Below are positions 48,701-60,500 of a stretch of DNA of 64,000 bases, one piece after another (positions within the stretch are counted from its first letter, which is position 1; every line of letters begins with the position of its first letter). Made by a program: the position numbers and the translations under genes. The notes under the pieces were generated by a model. The model saw nothing but the letters and a program-made list of their open reading frames with translations. It was not told the origin of the DNA and searched no databases. The stretch is from Azolla caroliniana (Eukaryota; Plantae; Polypodiophyta). The stretch is from assembly GCA_043228905.1 (NCBI GenBank), contig JBHGNT010000011.1, positions 8,432,001-8,496,000 of the forward strand, read 5' to 3'.

Positions 48701-49582
48701 CTCATGACACTACGTCTGCAACTTACTCTACAAGTTCGGCATGACGGAGTGCAAACCTGTGTCCACCCCGCTTGACTGTAATCTCAAGCTTGATGTCGAT
48801 TCCGGAACAGCCGAGTGCGAGACAACTCAGTATCGCCAATTGATCGGCAGCCTCATCTACCTAACCATTACGCGACCCAACCTCAGTTATTCGGTCAACC
48901 TACTTAGCCAATTCATGCCGAATCCGCGAAACCTTCATCTTGATTGCGCTAAGAGGGTACTCTAGTACACCAGTGGTACGATGGATTACAGCATCAAACG
49001 CGGACTGGGCAGGTTATAAAGTAGATAGACGGTCAACATTAGGATTCATCTTCTCCCTCGGCAGCGGAGCAATCTCATGGAGTAGCAAGAACCAACTGAC
49101 AGTTGCACTATCGAGCATGGAGGCCGAATACAGGAGCGTGGCGGTCGCCGCATGCGAAGTTGTACAGCTCAAGTGTATACTGAAGGATCTGGACGTACCC
49201 ATCAAGGATCTGATTCGTCTATACTGTGACAACATGAGCAATATCTACCTAGCGCGGAACCCCGTATTCCACGCGCATACTAAGCATGTCCAAGTGCACT
49301 ACCACTTCATCCGCAAACGCGTCCATGCCGGAGATATAGACTTACACCACATCAGCACGAATCTACAAGTAGGCGACATTTTCACGAAAGCCCTAGGTAT
49401 CGACAAGTTGCGGCCATTCACGTCGAGCCTTGGCCTATCTATTCCCAACTAGCCAAGCTTGAGGGGGAGTACATAACAGTGAATCGATCGATTGATCGAA
49501 GCCGAACAATCGAAGTTCAAAGCATTTTGAAAACCGATCCGAAACAATTTTTCGATATCTAGAAGTTGTGTTCGAAGGGGCG

Positions 49583-49840
49583 TGTTGAGAATTGACCTCA
49601 ACTTCCCATAGAAATAGGTTTCACACTAGCTCATGGACATACCAGGCTAGTTTTGTAAATAATAGAAAGGGCCCTTGGCCTAGTTTAGTTGGTATTTAAA
49701 CCAACCTTTTGTAACTTTGTAACTGTTGGAAGTAATACATAGTTTTCTCATCTTAAGATTCTCTCTCTCTCTGTTTCTCATAAGTGCTCACACACACACA
49801 CAGTCCTACTGTTGCATACACTCACTCTCCTTTCTTTACA
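49583..49840 (+). repeat. 3' LTR of B (258 bp)
   Basis: TGTTGAG..TTTACA; its 3' end matches 19246-19332. Confidence 0.88.
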
Positions 49841-50213
49841 GCTGCATTTCGTGTCATCGGTGGTCATGATCGGAAAGAAGTTCGGTTTTGCTTGCCGACC
49901 AAGCAGTCGGTGCACTTCTCAAGTTGCACGTCCTTCACCGAAATGAGATTGTCCTCGACAAGTCTCTTCATCCCCTTCTGACTCATATGACATAACCTCT
50001 TGTGCCACAACTCACCAGTAGTGTCGGATGCTACGTTCACTTCTTCCCGGCATATCTGGGCATGCATCAAATACAGTGTGTTGATCTTCCGGGCTCGAGC
50101 CATGATCAGGCTTCCATTACTGAATTTCATGACTCCGTTCCGGATGTTACCCGTGTAGCCTTCATCATCTAGCTGACCGGTTGATATCAGGTTCAACCGA
50201 ACCTCAGGAACGT
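49841..50213 (-). mobile_element. Copia D piece 3 (GAG-pre-integrase region)
   Basis: VPEVRLNLISTGQLDDEG...LWHKRLCHMS...CTDCLVGKQNR, collinear with pieces 2 and 4. Confidence 0.88.
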
Positions 50214-50275
50214 TGTCGCGTTGTTGCGGGCGTGCGTGTAGAAAGAGGCAAGACCACGGGGGCCTTGAATCGAGG

Positions 50276-50277
<2 letters not shown>

Positions 50278-50341
<64 letters not shown>
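50278..50341 (+). repeat. (GA)n microsatellite, about 32 units, in the J 3' LTR
   Basis: Directly visible; the 5' LTR copy has only about 11 units. Confidence 0.95.
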
Positions 50342-50346
<5 letters not shown>

Positions 50347-53300
50347 AGTCTTGCAAGCACGCAACAGAAAGAAGGAAAGAGAAACAAACGGCACACTTAA
50401 CTGCAATAACAGTAGATTACAATATTCAGAGATTGCAAACTTTGACGGTTACAACCGGCGAGCCGGCGATGGACCCGACACGGGGTCCTACTCATGCACA
50501 CCAACGATAGCCACACGACTCGGAGAAACAAAATGGGAAAAGGGGAAGAGAGAGAGAGACTCTGCTGGAAGCACACGGGCTGTCCACGAAGCAGAGGCAG
50601 TGAACTCCCGACACCCACAGAGAACGACGATTGGAGGAGAGAGAGCTCGGCCCTTCGTCCTCGCCAACGTGCGATATTTTTCTACCTCCTCTCCTCTCCT
50701 TAAATAGTTCCCAAAAGGGGGTGCCCTTTACCCCTAGTCAAATCACTTTATTCCCTGTCCCTTCTGACGCACAATCCCCTAATAAATGTGTACTACTTAT
50801 ATGAATCAATATCAAAATATCAATTCACGCGTCCATCCGTGTGAGAGCCGGTTCATGCGCCTTTTTGTCTGATTCCGACTATGGCCGTTTTTCTTCACGA
50901 CATCCACCCCCACTAAACCGCGCATCCACCAGCATGCGCCAGAGACGGGTAGATACCGAAGAAAACCGGCTTCACTCGTCATTCTCCGATTCTCCGTCGG
51001 GCCCGAACTGATCGTCGTTGTCGCTCCCGCTTGCAGGCTCTAGCTCATCTTCGAACCGCTTCTTGAACGCTTTGATTCACTTCCCGGCCACCGGCACCGC
51101 TAACCGTGTCCCGTCGAGTTCCGCGAGGTGGTACGTGTCGTTGTCGTTCGTGCTCGACACCGTGTAGGGCCCGAACCATCTCCTAGCGAACTTTCGCACC
51201 ACCTTGTGCTGATTGTCAAGGCTGTTGTCGTATACCAAGACCCAGTCGCCTTCCTCGATCTTCTTTGGCCGCAACCGGTGCGTCCGGTTGAACCGGGTCT
51301 TATTCCGCTCCCTTGCCGACTGCAGCTTTTCCTTCACCCGTTTTACGTCCTCCGGCCTCCGCTCGAGTTGTCGAATCCGCACCGCCAACAACTCCTCCCG
51401 GCTCATCTCATCCTTCCAATCTACCGCCGCCCATGAAGAAACCGTTCGTTCCACCGGCATGATCGGCTTCTGTCCGTACATCAGCTCTGCCGGCATAAAC
51501 CCTGTCACCGAACTATGCGTAGTTCGGTCCGCCCATAGCGCGTAAGGAAGGAGCCGCGGCCTATCCCCGACCTGCCCTTCGCATGCACACACCAACGCCT
51601 TTACGATCGACCTGTGCCCACGTTCTACCTTTCTATTCGCCTCCGGATTGTACGCCATAGTGAGGGAGAGTTTGACGCCTAGCCTGTCGAACAACTCCTC
51701 AGCTTCCCGCGCATCCAGCTCTCCCCGGTCCGCCACGATCCTCCCGACGCAACGTACCGACACACTACCTCTTCGATCAGGAACCGGCATACCGCCACGG
51801 TTGTCTTGTTCTGCAATGCACAGCCTTCCACTTGGTTCGTTAAGTCTTCCCGTGCAAGCACCAGGTATCGCATCTGTCCTACCCCCATCGGCATCGTCAC
51901 CAAGTCCACCATTCACTTGCAATGGACCGTAGGCAGGTAGGTCGGGTGTAGCTCGTCCCGGTCTCGGACTATGGAGTGCATCTGACAGCTTTCGCAAGTC
52001 GTTACGAACCGATGCATGTCCTGGTACAGCCCCGGCCACCAGTACTTCTCCTTCAGCTTCTCTAACGTGGCCCACGTTCCGCGGTGCTCGGCCTAGGGAC
52101 TCTTGTGAAATGCCACCAGTAGTTCCTCCTGTGCTTCTTTCTTTGTCACTACTCGGAGTGGGATGTCGTTTCTCTTCTTTGGGTGCCTCCATATGCACTT
52201 GTCCCACAGGAAGAATCGGTACGCCTTCTTCCAAACCCGGCTCGCCTCTTCTCTCGTCCATGCTGCGTCCAGTGTCATTGTCCATAGTCCAACCTCCCGA
52301 TTTGGAGCCACTCCCCGTTGTACCTACTTTCGTCAAATTCGTTCAGTGCCGAAGTGTCCCTTTCCCTCGTCGTTACGTTAGCCGACCCGAAGAAGTCCTC
52401 GCCGACTTCTTCGTCATCCGAAACCATGTCGTCTTCGTCATTGAACCTTGCTCTCGAAAGCATGTCGGCCATCGCATTATCCTTTCCGGAGATGTGCCGT
52501 ATCTCCGAGTTCAGGGACTTAATGTACGCTATCCACTGGAGCATTGCTAGGTCCGACGTCGCGCATCCGGAAACCATGCCGAGTATCGGCAGGCAGTCCA
52601 TCTCGATGATCACCTCCGTCCCGATCAGATAGTCCTTGTCGGCCTTGACTACCGAAACGATACCCCAAACCTCGCGCTTAACTTGGGCGTATCCTCGCTG
52701 CCGCTTGCTCAATACCTTCGCCCCGAACCGGATCGGGAATCGTACGCCGTCCTTGTCCTCCTGACTGATTACCCACCCAATCCCAGTCGGGCTCGTGTCC
52801 ACCATCACGCAAATGCGGACACCCTCGCCGTAAACCGCTTTACGGAGGGCCAACGCTACCGTAAGCGCCCCCTTTAGTCTCCGGACCGACTCCGTGTGCT
52901 CCTTCCTCCACTCAAACCCACGCCCTTTTTTCAATAGCCCATAGAGAGGCTCCGCAACATGTGCGTAGTGCGGAATCCAGATGTGGTAGAACGCGCATGC
53001 TCCCAAGAATCTGCGGACCTCCGTGACCGACCCGCAATCGTCCCTCATCGCTGAGATGGCCTCTATCTTTGCCGAAGACGGTTTCCTACCGTAGGGCCCG
53101 CACAGCTGCCCGACCACCAAGATCTCCGACTGCTTGAACGCCGATTTTTCTCCGGAGAAGGTGAGTCGTGCGTTTTCGAACCTCTGCAGCACCTTCTCGC
53201 AGTCGTTGATGTGGTTCACGACGAACCTCCGACATCCGTTTGGCCCAACAGTCTCCTTCGCGTCATCCACCGAACACCCCTTTATCGGGATGTCTCCAAG

Positions 53301-54149
53301 AATGGCATGGTGATGTCCGGGATGCAGTCCCTTAGCACCTTGTTCATTGCGTTCACCATATGCGCCACCGAATTTCTCCCGCTTTATGGTAGGGTACACA
53401 TCCGTACTAGGCCAAGAGGACTTCGCATCGTCGTGATATCCCTGCCCTCCACGGCTAGTTGGAACTGGTCGTACCCCGAGTATAAGTCACCGACCGAATA
53501 GATCGACCTTCCAGCGAAGGCCTCCACGAACTCGTCTATGGTCGGTCCGATTCCTGCATTACAGATGGTCACCTTGTTGACCGGTTGCAGGTCCTGAATG
53601 AAGCGCAGTGTGTCGTTCTTCTTCGGCACCGTAAACCACCGATTCGAATACGGGGCACTCGACGGTTCGAGGATGCCCATCTCCACCTTTTGATCCAAAA
53701 GCTCCATCAACTTCGGGATGTGAGCTCTCGGCACCGGAATCGGTTTGAGATTCCACGATACATGCGGTATCGTGAAGATCACCATTGGTTCGACGATCGT
53801 CGGGTCCACGCACCCGATCTCCTCCGGCGAGAACGCAAAGGCTTTCCCATGCCTTCCGAGCATTCTCCGAAACTTGTTCTCCTCCGCCGGCAGTAGAAAG
53901 CCACCCCCACCAACCTTGAGCTCCCGTAGCGTTATGTCAGTGAACCGGTGCCCTATGCCAACCAGATTCCGTAAACTCGGGTCCGATGCGACCCCTTTTA
54001 TCTGCTCCTCGCTGCCCTCTGCCAAGGGTGCCGCGACTGGCCTCACCTTCAGGTCCACAGTCTTGTACTTTGTATCCACGCGGTGTTGCAAAAATACGAT
54101 GAGGATACGTGAACTTTGAGGCAAGACCCCGAGGCCTCCGACCAGAAGA

Positions 54150-54745
54150 TATCAAATTCGTCTGCTTATATTAAACAATTAATGGAAAATGAGAAAGATT
54201 GACAAATTTCATTAATAAATAGAAAAGAAAAATTACAATCAATCCCAAGATTGGGATTACAAAAGGTTTTCTAATGGAGATTACTAGAGAAATAGATTAG
54301 AAGTGGAAAATTTTGGAATTATGAGTGATAGATCTTCCGTAGGGAAAATTAGGATTAGGTTATATCAGTATTATGGCTTCCGTAGGGAAGATTAGGGTTT
54401 TTGAGTGTTATGGCTTCCGTAAAGAAGATTAGGATTAGTGAGAGTTATGGCTTCCCTAAGATAAGGGAGCTGAGAAGGAAAAGAAAATTAATTGAGATAA
54501 TATGGAGAGAGCCCAAGGTGCTTATATAGACAGGGCCTTAACTTTCCTATCTATGTGGGATAGTTCTAATTTCCCTATCTTCTCAAACTTTATTTTCACA
54601 TAACTTGATATGTATTTCTCCATTTTGTATATAGTAAAAAACGTTTTGAAGCTTTTGATTATATCCATCTTTCTATAGTAAGCTACTAATCTAATCTAAT
54701 CTAATCTAATCCTTTCGATTTCGGTGCTCAACCGAAACCCTGCCT
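54150..54745 (-). other. AT-rich LTR-like segment between J gag and RT
   Basis: CTATATAAG on the minus strand, TTATGGCTTCCGTAGGGAAGATTAGG-like repeats and (CTAAT)n. No TSD found. Confidence 0.45.
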
Positions 54746-56803
54746 ACTTCTTTCTGTTCGGCGGGTCTCGTACCTTTGCGGGGGACCGACCCCTCCGGCC
54801 TTTCCTGCCCGTTTGTCTACCACCAGAACCTCGTAGTTCTAGCAAGCGGCTTCTACGAAGCCCGTTTTCTCTTAGACTGGATTGTCCCAACCAGTGACCT
54901 CCTGGACCCGCTGTTCCGCGCGGTCCGCCTCTTCCTTCTTCAGCCGAACTCCGGAGAGGCCTTCTAGCACTAGCGGCCAGAATCCGGAGTCCTTCGCCTT
55001 CCGGGTCTCATCACCCCCAACCCGAATTCCCGCTGACACTGAGTAGTTAACGTCTTCAACGTGCCATGTCGTGGCCTCTTCCATCAACCTCTTCATTCCG
55101 CTCCGCCCGGTATTTAGTTCTAGGGCTCTCCGGGTCTCGCTTGTGTGCACCCGCCCGTTCCAGAGGTACACCACGTTGGTCCTGAGCGCGTCGGCGAAAT
55201 CCGCGCAATCCTTCTGAATGTGACCGATCGCGTCACACCACATGCACCGCTGCCCAGCCGGCGGCCTCCTGTCCCGAGGTTGTCCGCCGATGTCTCTCCA
55301 GGCCTGTGCGATCTGCAGGTCGCGCACCATCTGTGTCAGCTCCTCCAGAACCGCTCCTTCGGATGGGCCTCTGACCATGTCATTCGATGCCGACCCCGAC
55401 ACTAGCCAGATTCGGGTCTCTTCCTTCCTACCGGCCGGCACCGATACCGGCTCCTCAAGCCTCCTCCACGGGACCGGTCCTGACCCCGACGAGCTTCTGT
55501 CGCTCCAATCGCGTCGTTTGTCGAAACGGCCGCAGACCCGTTTTACCACGGCCAGTCTGTCGTGAGCCCTTCATCCGTTTCCAATAGGGGACCCACCTTT
55601 TCCCTGTCGAGCGCGTCCACCGACTTGACAAACAGTAGTACTCAACTCGTTTCGAGCACTGTCCGGTCCAGCGTCGACAGCCGTGCGAACCGTTTTTCGA
55701 ATTCCTGGAGGAGCACTTACGTGTTCCTCCCTTTTCTGGGGCTTTTCACCCATGCCATGAAGTCCCGCCTCGTCAGCCGAAGCGAGTCGCCAAACCCATA
55801 CGTCTCGAGGAGCCGTAGCTCGAACTCCTCCCAAGTCTGGCATCCAGCTAGCACCTCGAGCACCTCCACGTGGATGCTCGGCGTCACCACCCGAGGGAAT
55901 CCGGACAGCCGCCTGTCCGCCGGGATATCCCTCATGATCATTTCAGCCCGGTAAGCCTCCAAATAACTTGTGGCGTCTTTCCCTCCGAACCGGCCTATAG
56001 TGCTGACGATCGATTTGATGGCTTTGTCGAGGGTACCCGTCCCCTGGCGAGCGCTTAGCAGCCGGTCCACGGCTACCGCCATTGCCTCTACTAGCTCTGA
56101 TCCCCTCATCTTTTGACTCCTTTGCCGCCCTATTCACGTCGGGTTCACCAAATATGTCGCGTTGTTGCGCGCGTGCATGTAGAAAGAGGCAGGACCACGG
56201 GGGCCTTGAACCGAGGAGCGAGCGAGAGAGAGAGAGAGAGAGAGAGAAGTCTTGCAGGCATGCAACAGAAAGAAGGAAAGAGAAACAAACAGCACACTTA
56301 ATTGCAGTAACAGTAGATTACAATATTCAGAGATTGCAAACTTTGATGGTTACAACCGGCGAGCCAGCGATTGACCCGACACGGGGTCCTACTCACGCAC
56401 ACCAACGATAGCCACACGACTCGAACAAACAAAAGGGGAAAATTGGAAGAGAGAGAGAGAACTCCCAACACCCGCAGAGAACGACGATTGGAGGAGAGAG
56501 AGCTCGGCCCTAGTTCTACAACAGCACTTCGTCCTCGCCAACGCGCGATATTTTTCTCCCTCCTCTCCTCTCCTTAAATAGTTCCCAAAAGGGGGTGCCC
56601 TTTCTCCCTAGTCAAATCGCTTTATTCCCTGTCCTTTCTGACACACAATCCCCTAATAAATGTGTACTACTTAGCATTTACATCAGCCGATCCATTTATG
56701 AATCAATATCAAAATATCAATTCACGCGTCCATCCGTGTGAGAGCCGGTTCATGCGCCTTTTTGTTTGATTCCGCCTATGGCCGGTTTTCTTCACGACAA
56801 CGT

Positions 56804-57555
56804 GTCAGACATCCTTCAGCAGCAACTTGTACCCGGTTGATCTCGTCAAACACACATCTCCTATGCCGACAATTCGGCATGACCCTTCATTCCCCATCCG
56901 GACACAACCGTGATCTCTGGTTGTGAAGGATGAGAAGCATTTCCGGTCCATTGTCAAGTGGAACGATGCTCCGGAATCGACAACCCACGTTGTCTCATCA
57001 CCGACAAGGTTTAACTCATTCTCCTCAGTGATGAGTAGCAGTTCTTCTTCACTTGTCGCGATCGCCGACGTTCCTTTCCGATCCGAACCTCTCCGGTCCG
57101 AACCATTTCGATCCGAACTCTTCTTCGAATCGGTGGTGTCGGCCCCTTTCTCTTTCCAGAAATGCCGACACTTCTTTTGGAAGTGCCCCGGCTCCCCAAA
57201 GTAGAAGCACATGGGTTTCCTCCTTGACTTCGACCTCGTCCCCGATTTGTCCCGATTTTAGGGACTCCGATTTCAGCCTCTTCCCCAATTATAGTCATCT
57301 TCCGTAGTCAAGGCCTTCAGGTCGGTTCCGGATTCCTGATCCTTCAGGCAAGCTTCTTCATCTAGCAAGCTTGATTTTACCCTTGCTAGGGACAACTGCT
57401 TTCCTTCCGGCCCGGCGTTGCCCAAAGTGACAACTAGTGTCTCCCAACTATCTGGGAGGGAATCGAGCAATGTAAGTACCTTGTCGGCCAGAGGTACTTC
57501 AAGCGAAGTTTTTTGGTTTATGAGCCCCGAGAATGCAGTCATGTGCTCCGCCATG
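56804..57555 (-). mobile_element. Copia D piece 4 (Gag C-terminal half and PR); the remainder lies beyond L, outside the window
   Basis: Minus-strand ORFs 57273-57554 (F/G-type Gag) and 56805-57212 (WVVDSGASFH). Confidence 0.88.
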
Positions 57556-60500
57556 TGTTACCGATTAGGAACACTATCTATGCTCAGTCCTTCGAGGTAG
57601 ACTTCGAGGTGATTGTGTTTACAAGCAATAGGTCCGTGTTGGGCATGAGTCGTAACAGGATAGTAAGCAAACGTATCGTCTGGGTGTGAAGGGCAGCACG
57701 CACTTACCCTACGCTTACAACCCACAGTTACAAATCATAATGCAGAGCCAAGATAGTAGACTACTTACACAGACATACAAGGAGATCAAAGAAGATAGGA
57801 TTCTATTAAAAAAAGCTTCACTCCCAAAAATTACACGCTCCCTCTTACAGAGGCTTTCTACCCTTTATATGCATAGGGCTTTTAGTCGGTCACGCTCCTC
57901 GCGTGAACCGTTACATACATTTCCTAACGCTTCTAATATATTTTATATTTTATATTTTACCGCCATGTCCGACGGTTATAATTCTGGCGGACAACACTTG
58001 GCACGCCTGTGGGACAAAGCCATGGCTCGTCGGACACATCCCTCTAGTCATCATTCAAAATGTCCAGGATATTTGGCTCCATCTGTAAGCCCTGGTCTGG
58101 AGACAGTGTGACATCCGTAAGTGCTTCGTTATTTTGCTCGATCGGTTTATGCAACTCCGCATTTCCTTCTTCGCCATGCTCGGTAGGTGTGCGAGTCCTC
58201 GTGTTGTCGTCTTCTCTCTATGTGATCCGGACTGGCTCAATTGGTTCTCAGTTCGGCTCATTCCTCGTTGGTTCAAGCGTTGGCTCTTCTGTCTGTGTAC
58301 GGGGTCCTTCCATAGCGTTGATAGGTGTCGTGATCACCTCCGGTGGTTCATTTGAATTAGGCTGAGGTTCATCTTGTTCGGCGGAATCATTGTCCGGTAT
58401 CGCAATTGGCTCCGCCCTCTGCTGTGTGTTGTTGATCTCCATTATTCGGTAAAAAATATATTCCTGACTTTCCCCGAAATCTTCCAATAGTTGCGTGAAT
58501 TCCTCAGACTGCTAGTCTGCTAGCGTGCGATAATCCTGTGCGAGGTCCTCTCGTACTACCGCGATGCTCTCCTCATTGAGCTTGTAGAAGCCTCGGCCTT
58601 CTTTTCGTCGGATTTCCCAGTCCGCCCAGTAGGTATGCAATTCCATTGCTTTCATTGCCCACGTTGTCCAACCTTTGTCCAACGCCGTTTTTAATTGCAC
58701 TGTGAACTGCTCTCGATTTGTTTGGAGAAGAATGCATACATTGTCAGCTATCGTTTGGGAGCGGTTCTGGGATTCATCTAGAGCTTTCTTGAGGTTTTTG
58801 ATTTTACGCTTGTTGGTTGTAGCCACTTCCTCATAATGGCTCTTCACCTTCGCCCATATCTGGGATTCCTTCAAGTGTAGTTCTTCTAGCCAGCCCATTT
58901 CATTATTAAGGTGGACTTCTACCTGATGCGTCAGTTCTTGTTCCCATACGAGCTGTTTGTTGTACCATGCTTTCTTCTTTTCCAATAACTCCCAGAGTCC
59001 TGTGACCACCGCTTCCATCTTTTGGGCTTCCTCACGCAGCTTCTTGTTTGCCTCTTTTGTGTTGTTGTGCGTTGTTGCCTCTGCCTCGAACTTGTCCTCT
59101 AGTGCTTTAACCGCCCTTAGCCCTTTTGCCCAGATATCCGTTTCTCTGTCTGATGATTGGTGGAGTTCCACGCGGAAGCGGCCAATCTCGGACTCCGCTA
59201 GGTGTGTAGCTCTTTTTCCTTTGCGGCGATGGCGGTTTGTGCTTCGACCTCCTCCCATAAGGTCTTTGACGCATCATCACTGGACGTTGGTCCAGGGTTT
59301 TGTTGCATCGTAGCCGTGCCGCGTTCTAACTCCACGATGCGCTCTTCAACCTTCTTTAGTTGGGCTTGGGTCCGATTGACTATTTTCCAGACATTTTTAT
59401 TTTTGATCACCATGTCCTTGGCGCCCATACTAACTTTAGCCAATTCTCTATGCATTTCGACAAAGGTTGTATTCAATGGGGGTACTTCAATGACCATGCA
59501 GCGAATCCCCGCGTTCCGCTGCTTGCCCACCTTGGCGAGGGGCCCCTCATCTTCGCTTTCCGTTGTTCGTGTGAATGCACGCTCAATCATCTTCTGTTCC
59601 GCGTGCTCCTCTGCCATTCTCTAGGATACCTTGATTTGTTGCATCGCTAAAAATTCCATGAGTTCATAAGTTGTTCCAAACTATAATAGTGCACCGAACT
59701 CGTGGGTCATATCCGGGATATCTAGGTACTTGAGAACCTCATTTTCTACTGTGAGCACTCCTTTTCCACGCTATGACTGAGCCGTAATGATCAGCCGCGG
59801 TTCCTGGATTATCTCTAATGTAGTTACAAGCTCCGTAGAGGTAGAAGTGTCATCCGGGCCGATTGTGTCTTTGACCAGTCTGCGGCCATCCTTTCGGTCC
59901 AATCTACATCGTTTCGGCCTCGGGCTTTCTTGGTGTTGTTCCATTTGTTGCTCATTTGTGGCTTCTTCTACCCTTGTTGGTTGTTCCGGCTGCGTTGTTT
60001 GCATTATGGGATGGGAAGGTTGTGGTTCCTCCTCCCATTCTGTGTTTGCTAGTTCTCCTAACCGTCGTTTCGCGGATTGTGGCGGCGGCGTAGGTTTACT
60101 AGACTGTGGTGCGGGCAGACCTCAAGGTGGAAACAATCATAAGGTATTGTTGTATAATTAGCCTTAGCTTTTTGTTGGCCTGGTACGCGTGTATGCCCTC
60201 TCATAGCGTTGGTTCCGTAATTACACCCCAATCTACTCTGTACCCCTCGAAGGTATCAATGATGATACTTGCCTTCTGTTTTGGCATCCCATATGCGTTA
60301 ACGTGCACGCAGCCGACCTCAAGTAAAAACTTGGCTATTTCCCGAAAGAATGGGTTCAGGATTTCTTTCGTTCTGTATGCCTTGGCGGATACGGAATACT
60401 CCCCAAAATATTTCCCTAGGGTTTCAGTAGGGGGAATGTCGAAATGTTCCTCCCCATTCTCGGATAGATCTAATTTCTTCCGAATGGTGGCATTTGTCAC

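Larger units (their letters stand above)
19246..49840 (+). mobile_element. Copia element B (A-related), host of E, F, G and H; own segments 19246-20357, 25604-25838, 30115-31654, 35747-36483, 48657-49840
   Basis: The 5' LTR remnant 19246-19332 matches the end of the 3' LTR 49583-49840. PBS TGGTATTAGAG at 19333. Gag MGTTLPTEKLD, PR, IN, RT and RNH resume collinearly across each insertion, and D resumes at 49841. Confidence 0.9.
50214..56799 (-). mobile_element. Non-chromoviral Gypsy element J, tRNA-Trp primed, 4-bp TSD
   Basis: LTRs 50214-50902 and 56155-56799. TSD ACGT at 50210-50213 and 56800-56803. PBS TGGTGAACCCGACGTGAAT at 56132-56150 (minus). PPT GGGGGTGGA. Gag 54872-56109. RT-RNH-IN 51077-54124 with frameshifts. 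Confidence 0.93.

Noticed and set aside
50181-50707. ERERER / SLSLSL ORFs
   Set aside because: These are translations of the (GA)n microsatellite in the J LTR.
56132-56150. tRNA-Trp gene
   Set aside because: Only the 3' 19 nt including CCA are present, next to an LTR, so it is a primer-binding site.
57686-58365. Plus-strand ORFs as host genes
   Set aside because: They lie within or next to the L LTR and have no recognisable motifs.
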